From Gammaproteobacteria bacterium (GTDB lineage: Bacteria > Pseudomonadota > Gammaproteobacteria > Eutrophobiales > Eutrophobiaceae): a stretch of DNA of 64,000 bases. The position numbers were made by a program, and so were the translations under genes. Under the pieces are notes generated by a model. It was not told the DNA's origin, searched no databases, and saw only the letters and a program-made list of their open reading frames with translations. The stretch is taken from the NCBI GenBank assembly GCA_965215365.1, contig CBDCDS010000003.1, positions 1,952,001 through 2,016,000 of the forward strand, read 5' to 3'. Positions 53,183-62,434 of this stretch are shown here, piece after piece (position 1 is the first letter of the stretch; every line of letters starts with the position of its first letter).

Positions 53183-53976
53183 TTTTATCTTATGTGCCAC
53201 GGCGGGCATTGTTAGAGGTTTCCTTAACAATCACCCGCATCACGCTGCTTGAAGCTCTGCGCAGCCGCTTGCCGCTGTTAATGGGCATGGCGCTGCTCGG
53301 TCTGGTCGGTCTGGCGGAGTTTCTGGGTGAGTTGAGCATCACGGAAGAGGCGGGAATCAAAGCCTCGGTCACCGCTTCGGGGCTGCGCATCTTCTCGGTC
53401 TGCCTGATCTGTCTGTTCGTCATAAGCGGCGGCGTGCGGGAACTGCATGACAAGAGCCTGGAAATGATGTTGTCCCTGCCCATGCCCAGGTCTGCCGGCT
53501 TGCTCGGCAAGCTGGTGGGGTTTGCAATCCTGTCGTTGTGCATTGCCGTGGGCGCCGGATTGCTCCTGAGCGGGTATGCCCCGGCCACCCCGGTTGCGTG
53601 CTGGGCGCTGTCCCTGCTGTGTGAACAGCTGCTGATGGCTTGTTTCAGTTTCCTGTGCATGCTGACCTTTGCCAATGTGGCCTGGTGCGTGCTTCTGGTC
53701 ATGGCGTTTTATCTGCTCGCGCGCAGCATGGAGACGCTGCAGTTGCTGAGCGCGTCACCACTGCTCACAGCCGACGGCGCGTTCCCTGAGGTCATGTATT
53801 TACTGGTGAACGCCGTGTCGTTATTGCTACCCGACCTGCACGCGTTCACCCGTAGCGACTGGCTGCTGTACGGTATTGAGTGGAACGATGTAACCGTGGT
53901 CGTGACGCAGACCCTCATTTATCTGGTTGTACTTGCCTCAGCCGCCCTGTTCGACCTGTACCGGAAGAATTTTTAG
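53179..53976 (+). CDS. ABC-2-type permease of the pilus cluster
   Basis: TLLEALR, multiple TMs, LLPDL, C-terminal DLYRKNF. Confidence 0.75.
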   Translation: MILSYVPRRALLEVSLTITRITLLEALRSRLPLLMGMALLGLVGLAEFLGELSITEEAGIKASVTASGLRIFSVCLICLFVISGGVRELHDKSLEMMLSLPMPRSAGLLGKLVGFAILSLCIAVGAGLLLSGYAPATPVACWALSLLCEQLLMACFSFLCMLTFANVAWCVLLVMAFYLLARSMETLQLLSASPLLTADGAFPEVMYLLVNAVSLLLPDLHAFTRSDWLLYGIEWNDVTVVVTQTLIYLVVLASAALFDLYRKNF

Positions 53977-53981
53977 CCCTG

Positions 53982-54683
53982 ATGGCAAGACCCGTCGCAA
54001 CCGTGCCAATCGTCATTCGCGCACTGCTCATGCTGGGCCTGTGCTTGCAGCTGGGCTGGAGCGGGTTAAGCCCGGCGCTGACCACTACCGCGCAACCACT
54101 GCCGGCCGTGCCGGCCGCCGAACTGCTGCAACTGGCTGCGTTCGGGGAACCGCAAACCCTGGCCCGGCTGCTGATGTTATGGTTGCAGGCTTACGATGAT
54201 CAGCCCGGCCTCAGTATCCCGTTTGCCGAGCTGGATTACACCCGCCTTAGCCACTGGCTGGGCCGGCTGCTGGACCTGGACCCCCGTTTCCAATACCCGT
54301 TGCTGGCGGCCAGTCGTGTCTACACCGAAACACCGGACGCCGGCAGCAAAAGATACATGCTGGCATTCGTACACCGGCGCTTCCTAGAAGACCCGAACCG
54401 CCGCTGGCCCTGGCTGGCGCATGCGGTTCATGTCGCCCGGCACCGTCTCAACGATCCGCAACTGGCCCTCGACTACGCTCGGGCCTTGCGCCTGAACGTT
54501 ACCAGCGCCAGCGTCCCGCCCTGGGTAGCGCAACTGGAATTGTTCGTGCTGGAAGACCTGGGGGAGGCACAAAGCGCGCGCCTCCTCATCGGCGCGTTGC
54601 TGGCAAGCAATCGCCTGACCGGCAATGAGTTACGGTTTTTGCAGGACCGATTGGCAACGCTGGAACAGCAGCCGGGCCAATAA
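53982..54683 (+). CDS. Hypothetical membrane-anchored protein
   Basis: N-terminal TM; LDLDPRFQYP and DPNRRWPWLA motifs; last gene of the operon. Confidence 0.65.
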   Translation: MARPVATVPIVIRALLMLGLCLQLGWSGLSPALTTTAQPLPAVPAAELLQLAAFGEPQTLARLLMLWLQAYDDQPGLSIPFAELDYTRLSHWLGRLLDLDPRFQYPLLAASRVYTETPDAGSKRYMLAFVHRRFLEDPNRRWPWLAHAVHVARHRLNDPQLALDYARALRLNVTSASVPPWVAQLELFVLEDLGEAQSARLLIGALLASNRLTGNELRFLQDRLATLEQQPGQ

Positions 54684-54733
54684 CCTGACTTCAGCTGTCT
54701 TACCGGGCTTAGCGGGAACTACTGCCTCGGCGG

Positions 54734-55813
54734 TTATTCGCGCGCCAGCGCCTGGGAGGTAAGCTCCTGCCAGGGCTGGTAGGACTCCCGGAAGGCCTGG
54801 TAAGCTGCGTAGACGCGTTTGAAATCAGGGTCTTTTTCGGCTTCACTGGCCAAAGTCTGGCGGGTGACGGCGCGCAGTTCCTGCATGACCTCCCGCGGAA
54901 ACGGCAGCACCTCCACGTTCTTTTTTGCGGACAATTCCTTCAGCGCGCGGCTATTGTGGTACTCCATGGCACTGAAGGTCCAGGCACCGGTGGCGGCGGC
55001 GGCTTGTTTGACTATCTGTTGCAGATCGGCCGGCAGGCTGTTCCAGCGTGCCGTGTTAATGAGCAGCTCCAGTTCCGTGCCCGGCTCGTGCCAGCCGGGG
55101 TAGTAGTAATACCGGGCCGCCCGGTTCAGGCCCAGACGCAGGTCATGCAGCGGTCCGACCCATTCTGTGGCATCGATAGCGCCGCGTTCCAGCGCCGTGT
55201 AGAGCTCGCCGCCGGACATCAGGATGGGGTTGCCGCCAGCCCGGTCCAGCACTTTTCCTCCCAGTCCGGGCATGCGCATCCGCAAGCCCCTGAGATCGGC
55301 AATGCTCGCTATCTTCTTGTTGAACCAGCCACCCATTTGCACACCGGTGTTGCCTATGGGCAGGGCCATTACGCCGAATGGCTCGTACAATTCGTTCCAC
55401 AGTTCCAGCCCGCCGCCATGGTACAGCCAGGCTTGCACGCCTTTTTGTTCCATACCGAACGGGACCGTGGAGAAAAACTGCGCGGCCGGTACTTTACCGG
55501 CCCAGTAGTAGGCGGAACCGTGCCCCAGCTCCACCGCGCCCTGGGACACCGCATCAAACACCTGCAAGGCCGGCACCAGTTCGCCGCCGGCAAACACCTT
55601 GATATCCAGCCGGCCGTTACTCATGATGCGCACCTGCTCGGCGAACAGTTCTGGCGCTTCCTGGAACACGGGGAAATTCGCCGGCCAGGTCGTTACCATC
55701 TTCCAGCGATAGATTTTACCGGTGTCGAGGCCCTCGCCACCCGTCACCTCGGGCGCCTCCCCCGCACACGCCGCCAGCAGCAGGGCCAGCAGTAAACAGC
55801 TTGCTATCTTCAT
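54734..55813 (-). CDS. TRAP transporter substrate-binding protein (DctP/TakP family)
   Basis: WKMVTTWP, GNTGVQMGGWF, MRMPGLG, EWVGP, YYYPGWHEP; lipoprotein signal. Confidence 0.9.
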   Translation of the reverse strand: MKIASCLLLALLLAACAGEAPEVTGGEGLDTGKIYRWKMVTTWPANFPVFQEAPELFAEQVRIMSNGRLDIKVFAGGELVPALQVFDAVSQGAVELGHGSAYYWAGKVPAAQFFSTVPFGMEQKGVQAWLYHGGGLELWNELYEPFGVMALPIGNTGVQMGGWFNKKIASIADLRGLRMRMPGLGGKVLDRAGGNPILMSGGELYTALERGAIDATEWVGPLHDLRLGLNRAARYYYYPGWHEPGTELELLINTARWNSLPADLQQIVKQAAAATGAWTFSAMEYHNSRALKELSAKKNVEVLPFPREVMQELRAVTRQTLASEAEKDPDFKRVYAAYQAFRESYQPWQELTSQALARE

Positions 55814-55832
55814 CAAAATCTCTCTGGGTTCG

Positions 55833-57992
55833 TCACACCGGTTGTAAATTCGCATACGCCAGCACCAGCCACTTGGCGCCGGCGCGTTCAAAATTGACCT
55901 GCACCCGGGCGTGGCTGCCGCGACCATCGAGGTTCATCACCGTGCCTTCACCAAAACGGGCATGCGCTACGCGTTGGCCGGGCGCAAACAGGTTATTATC
56001 AGCATCCTCGGCTGATGGCTGGTTGAATACGCCGAGGGAAACCGGCCCGCCCGGGCGCACCTCGGCGATAAACTCCTTGGGTATTTCGTCCAAGAAGCGT
56101 GACGGGCGCGAGTAAAATTCGTTGCCGTGCAGGCGCCGGTAGCGGGCATAACTCAGGGTGAGCTTGCGGCGCGCACGAGTCATGCCCACATAGCAGAGCC
56201 GCCGCTCCTCTTCCAGTTGCGCGGGATTATCGGAACTGCGTTGGTGCGGAAACAAGCCTTCTTCCATACCTGTCAGATAGACCCGCTCAAACTCCAGTCC
56301 CTTGGCGGTGTGCAAGGTCATCAGGCTCACAGCATCCTGGCCGCCCTCAGCCTGACTGTCGCCGGCATCCAGCGCGCTCATGCTCAGGAACGCAGTCAAG
56401 GGCTCCACTTCGCCGTGCACCTCCGGGTCCACTTCGAACTGTTCGGCCGCGTTAACCAGTTCGTCCAGGTTTTCAATACGGTCGAGGCCGCGCTCGCCTT
56501 TTTCCTTGCGGTAATGCTCGCGCAGGCCGCCGGCCGTAATCACGTTCTGCATGATCCGGTCCAGGCTGTTGCCGGTGAGCGCCGGCGTCAGTTGCTCCAC
56601 CAGGTCCACAAACCGCGCCAGCGCGGTCAGGGTACGAGTCGGCAGCTGCTGCTCCGCCAACAGCGCCCGAGTCGCGCGCCACAGCGACACCCCGTCCTGA
56701 CGCGCCCGCGCCCGCACCTCCTCTAGGCTGCGCTGCCCAACTCCCCGGGGCGGGGTGTTGACGATGCGTTCAAACGCGGCATCATCGTCGCGGGATACGG
56801 CCAGACGCAGGTAAGCCAGGGCATCCTTGATTTCCATACGCTCATAAAAGCGCTGGCCGCGTACTACCCGATGTGGCAGCTGCGCTTGGCGCAATGCGTC
56901 CTCCAGCACGCGCGAGCTGGCACCGACCCGGTACAGTACTGCGTGGTCCCGGTAAGCAACCCCCTCCCGGCGCGCGGAGCTGATTTGCCCGACGATGAAT
57001 TGCGCCTCATCCTGCTCGCTGTAAGCCGCATACAAGTCCAGCTGCTCGCCCGCGGCGCCGTCGCTCCACAGGTCTTTGCCCAGCCGGCTGCTGTTGTGGG
57101 CAATCAGGGCATTGGCAGCCTTCAGTATCGTGGTAGTGGAGCGGTAATTCTGTTCCAACCGATACAGCGTCGGCTTGGGAAAGTCCTTTTCAAAACGCTG
57201 CATGTTTTCCATACGGGCGCCGCGGAAACTGTAAATGGATTGATCATCATCACCCACCGCAAACAGACTGTTGCGCTCACCCACCAGCAGCCGCAACCAG
57301 GCATATTGCAACGCGTTAGTATCCTGGAACTCGTCCACGAGCAGTTGCGGAAAACGCTCCCGGTAATGTTGCAGCAACGGTTCCTGATCGCGTAACAGCT
57401 CGTGGGTGCGCAGTAACAGCTCGGCAAAATCCACCAGCCCGGCGCGCTCGCAGGCGTTCTGGTAATTACGGTAAATCGCCACCTGCTGTTCCAGAGTCGG
57501 GTCGTCGCGCCGATCGATATGTTGCGGACGCAAGCCGTCGTCCTTGCGCTGGTTGATGAACCACTGCGCCTCCCTGGCCGGATAACGTTTTTCATCCAGG
57601 TTCATATCCCGGATCACCCGGCGTAGCAGCCGTTGCTGGTCTTCGCTGTCGAGGATCTGGAAACTGTCCGGCAACCCGGCTTCCTGCCAGCGCGCACGCA
57701 GCAGCCGGTGCGCCAACCCGTGAAACGTGCCCACCCACATGCCGCCGATGGGCCGGTTCAGCAGCCGCCCGATACGTTCACGCATCTCCGCCGCGGCCTT
57801 GTTGGTGAAGGTGACGGCCAGCACGTTGCGCGCCGCCGCTTGCCCGGTTTCCAGGTACCAGGCGATGCGGTGCACCAGCACCCGGGTCTTGCCGCTGCCG
57901 GCGCCGGCCAGCACCAGGACATTGCCGGTCGGCGCCGCCACGGCCGCGCGCTGCGCCTCGTTCAGCCCCTCCAGTGCGTTGGTTACATCCAT
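55833..57992 (-). CDS. uvrD: DNA helicase II
   Basis: LAGAGSGKTRVLVHRIAW, VDEFQDTN, EQNYRS, EEERRLCYVGMTRA, C-terminal KWLVLAYANL. Confidence 0.96.
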   Translation of the reverse strand: MDVTNALEGLNEAQRAAVAAPTGNVLVLAGAGSGKTRVLVHRIAWYLETGQAAARNVLAVTFTNKAAAEMRERIGRLLNRPIGGMWVGTFHGLAHRLLRARWQEAGLPDSFQILDSEDQQRLLRRVIRDMNLDEKRYPAREAQWFINQRKDDGLRPQHIDRRDDPTLEQQVAIYRNYQNACERAGLVDFAELLLRTHELLRDQEPLLQHYRERFPQLLVDEFQDTNALQYAWLRLLVGERNSLFAVGDDDQSIYSFRGARMENMQRFEKDFPKPTLYRLEQNYRSTTTILKAANALIAHNSSRLGKDLWSDGAAGEQLDLYAAYSEQDEAQFIVGQISSARREGVAYRDHAVLYRVGASSRVLEDALRQAQLPHRVVRGQRFYERMEIKDALAYLRLAVSRDDDAAFERIVNTPPRGVGQRSLEEVRARARQDGVSLWRATRALLAEQQLPTRTLTALARFVDLVEQLTPALTGNSLDRIMQNVITAGGLREHYRKEKGERGLDRIENLDELVNAAEQFEVDPEVHGEVEPLTAFLSMSALDAGDSQAEGGQDAVSLMTLHTAKGLEFERVYLTGMEEGLFPHQRSSDNPAQLEEERRLCYVGMTRARRKLTLSYARYRRLHGNEFYSRPSRFLDEIPKEFIAEVRPGGPVSLGVFNQPSAEDADNNLFAPGQRVAHARFGEGTVMNLDGRGSHARVQVNFERAGAKWLVLAYANLQPV

Positions 57993-58041
57993 GTACGTAG
58001 CGGCTGCGCCGGGACCGTATGAATCCTGTCGCCGGATTTAT

Positions 58042-58085
58042 GGGCACCGCTGAAAATGCCACGGAGGCCATTTTCAGAGGCGCCC
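58042..58085. repeat. MITE family B, 44-bp palindrome
   Basis: GGGCACCGCTGAAAATGCC-ACGGAG-GCCATTTTCAGAGGCGCCC; same length and loop as 18417-18460. Confidence 0.75.
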
Positions 58086-58189
58086 TTAGTTCGTAAAATG
58101 ATTGTCGCGTGCATCAGTGAATTGTACCTGTCCTATCGGTGTTAGAATAGCCCGATTACCAACAACTGTCACAACCGATGGGAACAACC

Positions 58190-59515
58190 ATGCAAAGCGG
58201 ACACCAGGAGCAGCGTACCTTAATCGAACAAACCTTGTCGCTGTGTCGGGAGCAGGGCGCCGACGCGGCCGAAGCGGACCTCAATAGCGGCCATGGTTTG
58301 TCGGTAAACGTGCGTATGGGTCAGGTCGAGACCATCGAACACCAGCGCGACAAAGGCCTGGGCGTGACGGTATATCTGGACGGCTGCAAAGGCTCGGCCT
58401 CCACCTCGGATTTCTCTGGCGGTGCCCTGCAGGCCACCGTCAAGGCCGCCGTCACTATCGCTAAGTATGCTAGCCGCGACGATTGCGCCGGCCTGATTGA
58501 TCCTGACTATCTGGCTACGGCCGCGCCAGACCTGGACTTGTGTCATCACTGGGACCTCACCCCGGAGGCGGCCATCGAGTTGGCGCTGGAGTGCGAGCAC
58601 GCCGCGCGCAATGTGGACCAACGGCTGACCAACTCCGATGGGGCGATGGTAGCCACCTATGCCGGCACCCACCTGTACGGCAACAGCCACGGTTTCATCA
58701 ACGGCTGGGACTGGTCATCGCACAGTATCGACTGCACGGTGATTGCCGAGGAAAACGGCCTCATGCAACGCGACGGCTGGCACACCAGAGCGCGCGCCCG
58801 CAGCGACCTGGACAGTGTCGAGAAGGTCGGGCAGGAGGCCGCGCGCCGCACCCTGTCCCGGTTGAATGCAAGGAAACTGTCCACCCGCAAGGCACCGGTA
58901 ATCTTCGAGGCGCCGGTGGCACGCGGCCTGTTCGGCGCGTTCATCAGTGCCATCTCCGGCGGTGCCCTGTACCGGCGCGCCAGCTTCCTGCTGGACCAAC
59001 TCGGCGAGCAGGTGTTCGCCTCGCATATACAACTTGAAGAACAACCGCATCTGCCCCGACAGCTGGGCAGCGCCCCGTTCGACGGCGACGGCATGGCCAC
59101 TCGGCGTAAACATCTGGTGCGGGACGGCGTGCTGGAGACTTATGTGCTCAGCGCCTACTCGGCCCGCAAGCTGAATATGACCCCCACCGGCAATGCCGGC
59201 GGCGTGCACAACCTGATAGTGCAAACCGGCGAGCAGGACTTGCCGGCGCTGCTGCGGCAAATGGACACCGGCCTGTTGGTCACCGACATGATCGGCTTCG
59301 GCGTCAATCAGGTCACCGGCGATTATTCCCGCGGCGCCGCCGGCTTCTGGGTGGAACAGGGCGAAATCCAGTACCCCGTAGAGGAGATCACCGTCGCCGC
59401 CAACCTCAAGGACATGTTCCAACACATCATTGCCATCGGCAACGACACAGACCCACGCGGCAACGTCAAAACCGGCTCGGTGCTGATTGAGGCTATGACT
59501 ATTGCGGGGGAGTAG
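58190..59515 (+). CDS. pmbA: Metalloprotease PmbA (TldE)
   Basis: TGNAGG, GVNQVTGDYSRGAAGFWVE.GEIQYPVEEITVA. Confidence 0.95.
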   Translation: MQSGHQEQRTLIEQTLSLCREQGADAAEADLNSGHGLSVNVRMGQVETIEHQRDKGLGVTVYLDGCKGSASTSDFSGGALQATVKAAVTIAKYASRDDCAGLIDPDYLATAAPDLDLCHHWDLTPEAAIELALECEHAARNVDQRLTNSDGAMVATYAGTHLYGNSHGFINGWDWSSHSIDCTVIAEENGLMQRDGWHTRARARSDLDSVEKVGQEAARRTLSRLNARKLSTRKAPVIFEAPVARGLFGAFISAISGGALYRRASFLLDQLGEQVFASHIQLEEQPHLPRQLGSAPFDGDGMATRRKHLVRDGVLETYVLSAYSARKLNMTPTGNAGGVHNLIVQTGEQDLPALLRQMDTGLLVTDMIGFGVNQVTGDYSRGAAGFWVEQGEIQYPVEEITVAANLKDMFQHIIAIGNDTDPRGNVKTGSVLIEAMTIAGE

Positions 59516-59551
59516 GGAACCTGATGTCTGATTTGATTGACCAGCTTTAAC

Positions 59552-59583
59552 CACCAAGTGATGCGAAGATCGCGCCTGATTCC
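59552..59583 (+). repeat. MITE family A left-end remnant
   Basis: CACCAAGTGATGCGAAGATCGCGCC matches 26697-26721. Confidence 0.7.
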
Positions 59584-59640
59584 TGTAAACAGTAAACGCA
59601 AGCACGCAAGAGCGGCGGCGGCGCGTATAATCGAACGGCG

Positions 59641-59781
59641 GCAACACATTGAACGAGTGTCATTGCAGCAACTGCTCGCAACTGTTCATGAAGGACACCG
59701 TTATTGATGCCCGTTGTCATTGATAACTCTGTCTCCATAGCCTGGTGTATGAGTGACGAAGATGCGCCCATATTGGAATAG
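59641..59781 (+). pseudogene. Relic of a VapBC pair (antitoxin C-terminus plus toxin N-terminus)
   Basis: ...QHIERVSLQQLLATVHEGHRY* overlaps (TGATG) MPVVIDNSVSIAWCMSDE.., a typical PIN-toxin start; stop after 24 aa. Confidence 0.6.
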
Positions 59782-59845
59782 CTATTGTTGGCAGTTGATT
59801 TTTGAATTTTATCAATTATAATTACTCTATATTTCGTTATAATTT

Positions 59846-60208
59846 ATGAGGCATGTGATGGAATTTCAGGAATTTGTTGAAAATCAGATATTTTCCCCCG
59901 CACTTGTCGCAACTGCGTTGCGCACGACCAAGACTGAGATTGCCGATACGTTGGGGCTGGGCCAGGATGCGTTCTCACGCGCTTCTCGCATCCGGGCAAG
60001 AAAGACCCAAACCCGATTGCGACAAATGTTGGAAATCCTGCATCGAGTCTCAAGCTATACCGGTTCCGACCTGGCGGCTTATGCTTGGTTTCGCACAGAG
60101 CATTTACCGGGCTTCGGTGGGATGACCCCTGACCAGTTGGTCAGGGAAGGCAAGGCCAATGATGTTCATGCCCATATCGACCGTGTTATGGCCGGTGGTT
60201 ATGCCTGA
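59846..60208 (+). CDS. Xre/MbcA/ParS-type antitoxin
   Basis: AYAWFRTEHLPGFGGMTPDQLVREG C-terminal motif. Confidence 0.82.
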   Translation: MRHVMEFQEFVENQIFSPALVATALRTTKTEIADTLGLGQDAFSRASRIRARKTQTRLRQMLEILHRVSSYTGSDLAAYAWFRTEHLPGFGGMTPDQLVREGKANDVHAHIDRVMAGGYA

Positions 60209-60223
60209 CTTGCCCCTCTGCTG

Positions 60224-60721
60224 ATGCGTTTCAGGGGCCTGGTTTACCGTGCACACAACCCACGCTGGACCTGGGAGCCGACTTCGGGAGAGGGAGCTCG
60301 TCGCTATGGGGGACGCTTCAACCGTATCGGAATCCCAGCGCTTTATACGTCCCTGTCACCGCTCACAGCGCTGAGAGAAGTCAGCCCGACAGGACGGCTA
60401 CTGCAACCCATTACATTATGCGCCTACGAGGTTGATGCCGAACCTGTTTTCAATGCGTTGGATCCTTCACAGCGAGACGCTTGGGAGTTAGCGGAGCAAG
60501 AATTGTATTGCCCGAACTGGGAGCAGGAAATGCTGGCGGGCATTACCCCGGTATCGCAGAGTTTGGCCGATCGATTGAGTGCGGCCGGTTACGTGGGAAT
60601 GCGCGTTCAGAGCTTCGCAGCCGGATCCGGAACGGATGATCTCAACCTGGTGTTATGGCACTGGGGCAATCATCCGCCAAGTCAGGTCGTACTGGTTGAC
60701 GATGAAAAACGTTTGTCATAA
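60224..60721 (+). CDS. RES-domain toxin
   Basis: YRAH...SGEGARRYGGRFN...LYTS..TALRE...SFA...NLVLW. Confidence 0.87.
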   Translation: MRFRGLVYRAHNPRWTWEPTSGEGARRYGGRFNRIGIPALYTSLSPLTALREVSPTGRLLQPITLCAYEVDAEPVFNALDPSQRDAWELAEQELYCPNWEQEMLAGITPVSQSLADRLSAAGYVGMRVQSFAAGSGTDDLNLVLWHWGNHPPSQVVLVDDEKRLS

Positions 60722-60856
60722 CGGGGGAGGTTTTGTGCTGCTGCCATTTTCAATCACTTACGTGCTTAAAGCACATCCCTGTGCTGCACGGGTGCCTCGT
60801 GTTTGTCAGAGGCACCCTGAAAACTGCTTTTACTCGTGTCGGTTACTGGCTAAGGT

Positions 60857-61566
60857 TCACAATGGCCTCTTGCCTGCGATACTTCCGTTGATGGTGACAC
60901 TGATCGTTTCTTTGGAATCGAGAGCACAGTAACGCACCAGGCTTACTTTCTGATTAAATAGTGTGGTGTCATACCTGCGCTGAACGGTCACGGTCTGGTT
61001 CTCTACCGGAGAACCTTGGTGCCTTCCGTCCTGAAGGCTGGTGCCAGTGACAAAGTATACCGGCGGCTCTGGTTGTGGAGTCAAGGTCAGCGCAATGTCC
61101 ACCTCGTAACGAGGCTGCATACGAGCACCCCATAAATCTCCCCATCTTTTTGCGCCCCAAGCACGTCCGGGATGGCCGGCTGGAAGGGGCTCGAAATCAC
61201 CGTCATCTGTCGCTCGTCCGATACCCGTTCCCTTGACGTAGAAGTACGCGGCCGCAGTATTCACGTATTCCACTGCGCCGCCTGATGTTCCACAATCCGG
61301 CTGCCTATCACCACCACATCCACTTCTCACGACTTGATACTGTGTAGGTCTGTGTCCCTTCAGTCCGCAGGTTAATTGAAGCGTGAGACTGCTGCCGCCC
61401 ATGGTGCTTTGGCTTGTACCCAGAGATACTCCGGGCTCGGCTAATGCCAGTTGTGCGGTAAACAGTAGCGCGATTGCTGCTAGCGTTAGCTTTTTGAACG
61501 CTGAGGAGAGCAGGAATGACAAACCGGGGGGGGGGGGGGGGGGGGGGGACAAGTAGTTACTTTCAT
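60857..61566 (-). CDS. Secreted beta-rich (Calx-beta-like) protein, frameshifted at a C23 tract (candidate phase-variable gene, OFF)
   Basis: CAGGAG RBS and ATG 61566 give MKVTTC, then 23 C; the signal peptide GLSFLLSSAFKKLTLAAIALLFTAQLALA needs a tract length divisible by 3. Confidence 0.62.
61526..61548 (-). repeat. Poly-C homopolymer on the coding strand (23 G on +)
   Basis: Counted directly; 18 nt after ATG 61566. Confidence 0.9.
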
Positions 61567-61648
61567 GATTGATTCTCCTGTATTTTGATCGTGGTGATCC
61601 GGTTTTTATTTTGGCACCGGGCAGCCTTGTTAATCGGTTAATCGAATG

Positions 61649-61681
61649 CACGGGCGCCTCTGATCCTCAGCGGCGCCCGTG
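61649..61681 (-). terminator. GC-rich hairpin between the two secreted-protein genes
   Basis: CACGGGCGCC-13 nt-GGCGCCCGTG; weak U-tract. Confidence 0.45.
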
Positions 61682-61732
61682 TCTCCTTAAGTAGCGTCGT
61701 TTGCGCTGGCCGCCACCAGTGGACAAATTCCG

Positions 61733-62278
61733 TTAGGGGCGTTTATACTTGCTGTCTCCGGTTCTGGACCGCTGTCTGGCGTCGTCCAGAGAGTTCGCGA
61801 TTCTGGCGTTCGCCGTCACCGTCAGGGGGAGGCCCTCCACATGCCACCAGTCGGTCCAAATATACTGACCCCAGACCTTTCCGTAGCCATGCGTCTCGAA
61901 GTCGGACAGCACCAGCTTGAAACGGTTTTTGTCGATGACGTTATCCTTGAGCGTCTTGATCGAAAGCGGCATGACTCGCGTTCCTGCGGGAATCACTATA
62001 AACCCGTTTTCCGCCACGTAATCCTTGCCTGCCTTGGCACTGAGGTCTTCGGTGCGGTAGGCATACCGAATGTCGAAGTCGAGCGGACGGGACAGCATCA
62101 GGACGAACACCGCGTCCTTTCCCTCCCTGATCTGAACATCCGCTACATGCAGCTGCGCCGTGACGCCAGAGACAAGCCTGTTAGCCACGGCCGGCTGAAC
62201 CAGCGCCAACGCCAGCAGGATACCAACGGCCGCGGACAGGAAGCGGCGGGCGACCATCGAAGTGGTAGTGTGAGTCAT
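61733..62278 (-). CDS. Secreted Calx-beta domain protein
   Basis: Signal peptide; LHVADVQIREG..AVFVLMLS....YRTEDLSAKAGKDY...G...IPAG......I.TLKD; start at MTHTTT. Confidence 0.8.
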   Translation of the reverse strand: MTHTTTSMVARRFLSAAVGILLALALVQPAVANRLVSGVTAQLHVADVQIREGKDAVFVLMLSRPLDFDIRYAYRTEDLSAKAGKDYVAENGFIVIPAGTRVMPLSIKTLKDNVIDKNRFKLVLSDFETHGYGKVWGQYIWTDWWHVEGLPLTVTANARIANSLDDARQRSRTGDSKYKRP

Positions 62279-62434
62279 GGATTCATCCCCCAGTCTCTTG
62301 ATTTGTTGAATGTCAGAAACACCTTCGTGCAACTTCGCACAACCGGTTTTCCAGTTAAAAACCAGGGCCGATTGTAACACGACAGGGGTACTGTGTCAAG
62401 CCTGATGTCGCCTGATGTTACGAACGCCACACGG

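Noticed and set aside
58715-59647. Long antisense ORFs (also 16132-17133, 15441-16247, 54956-55795, 7060-7737)
   Set aside because: These are shadow frames opposite well-supported genes in GC-rich DNA, with no recognisable motifs.
61567-61651. ORF-track N-terminal extension (MHSINRL...) of the 60857 gene
   Set aside because: It starts inside a hairpin without an RBS and would bury the signal peptide; ATG 61566 has a strong RBS.
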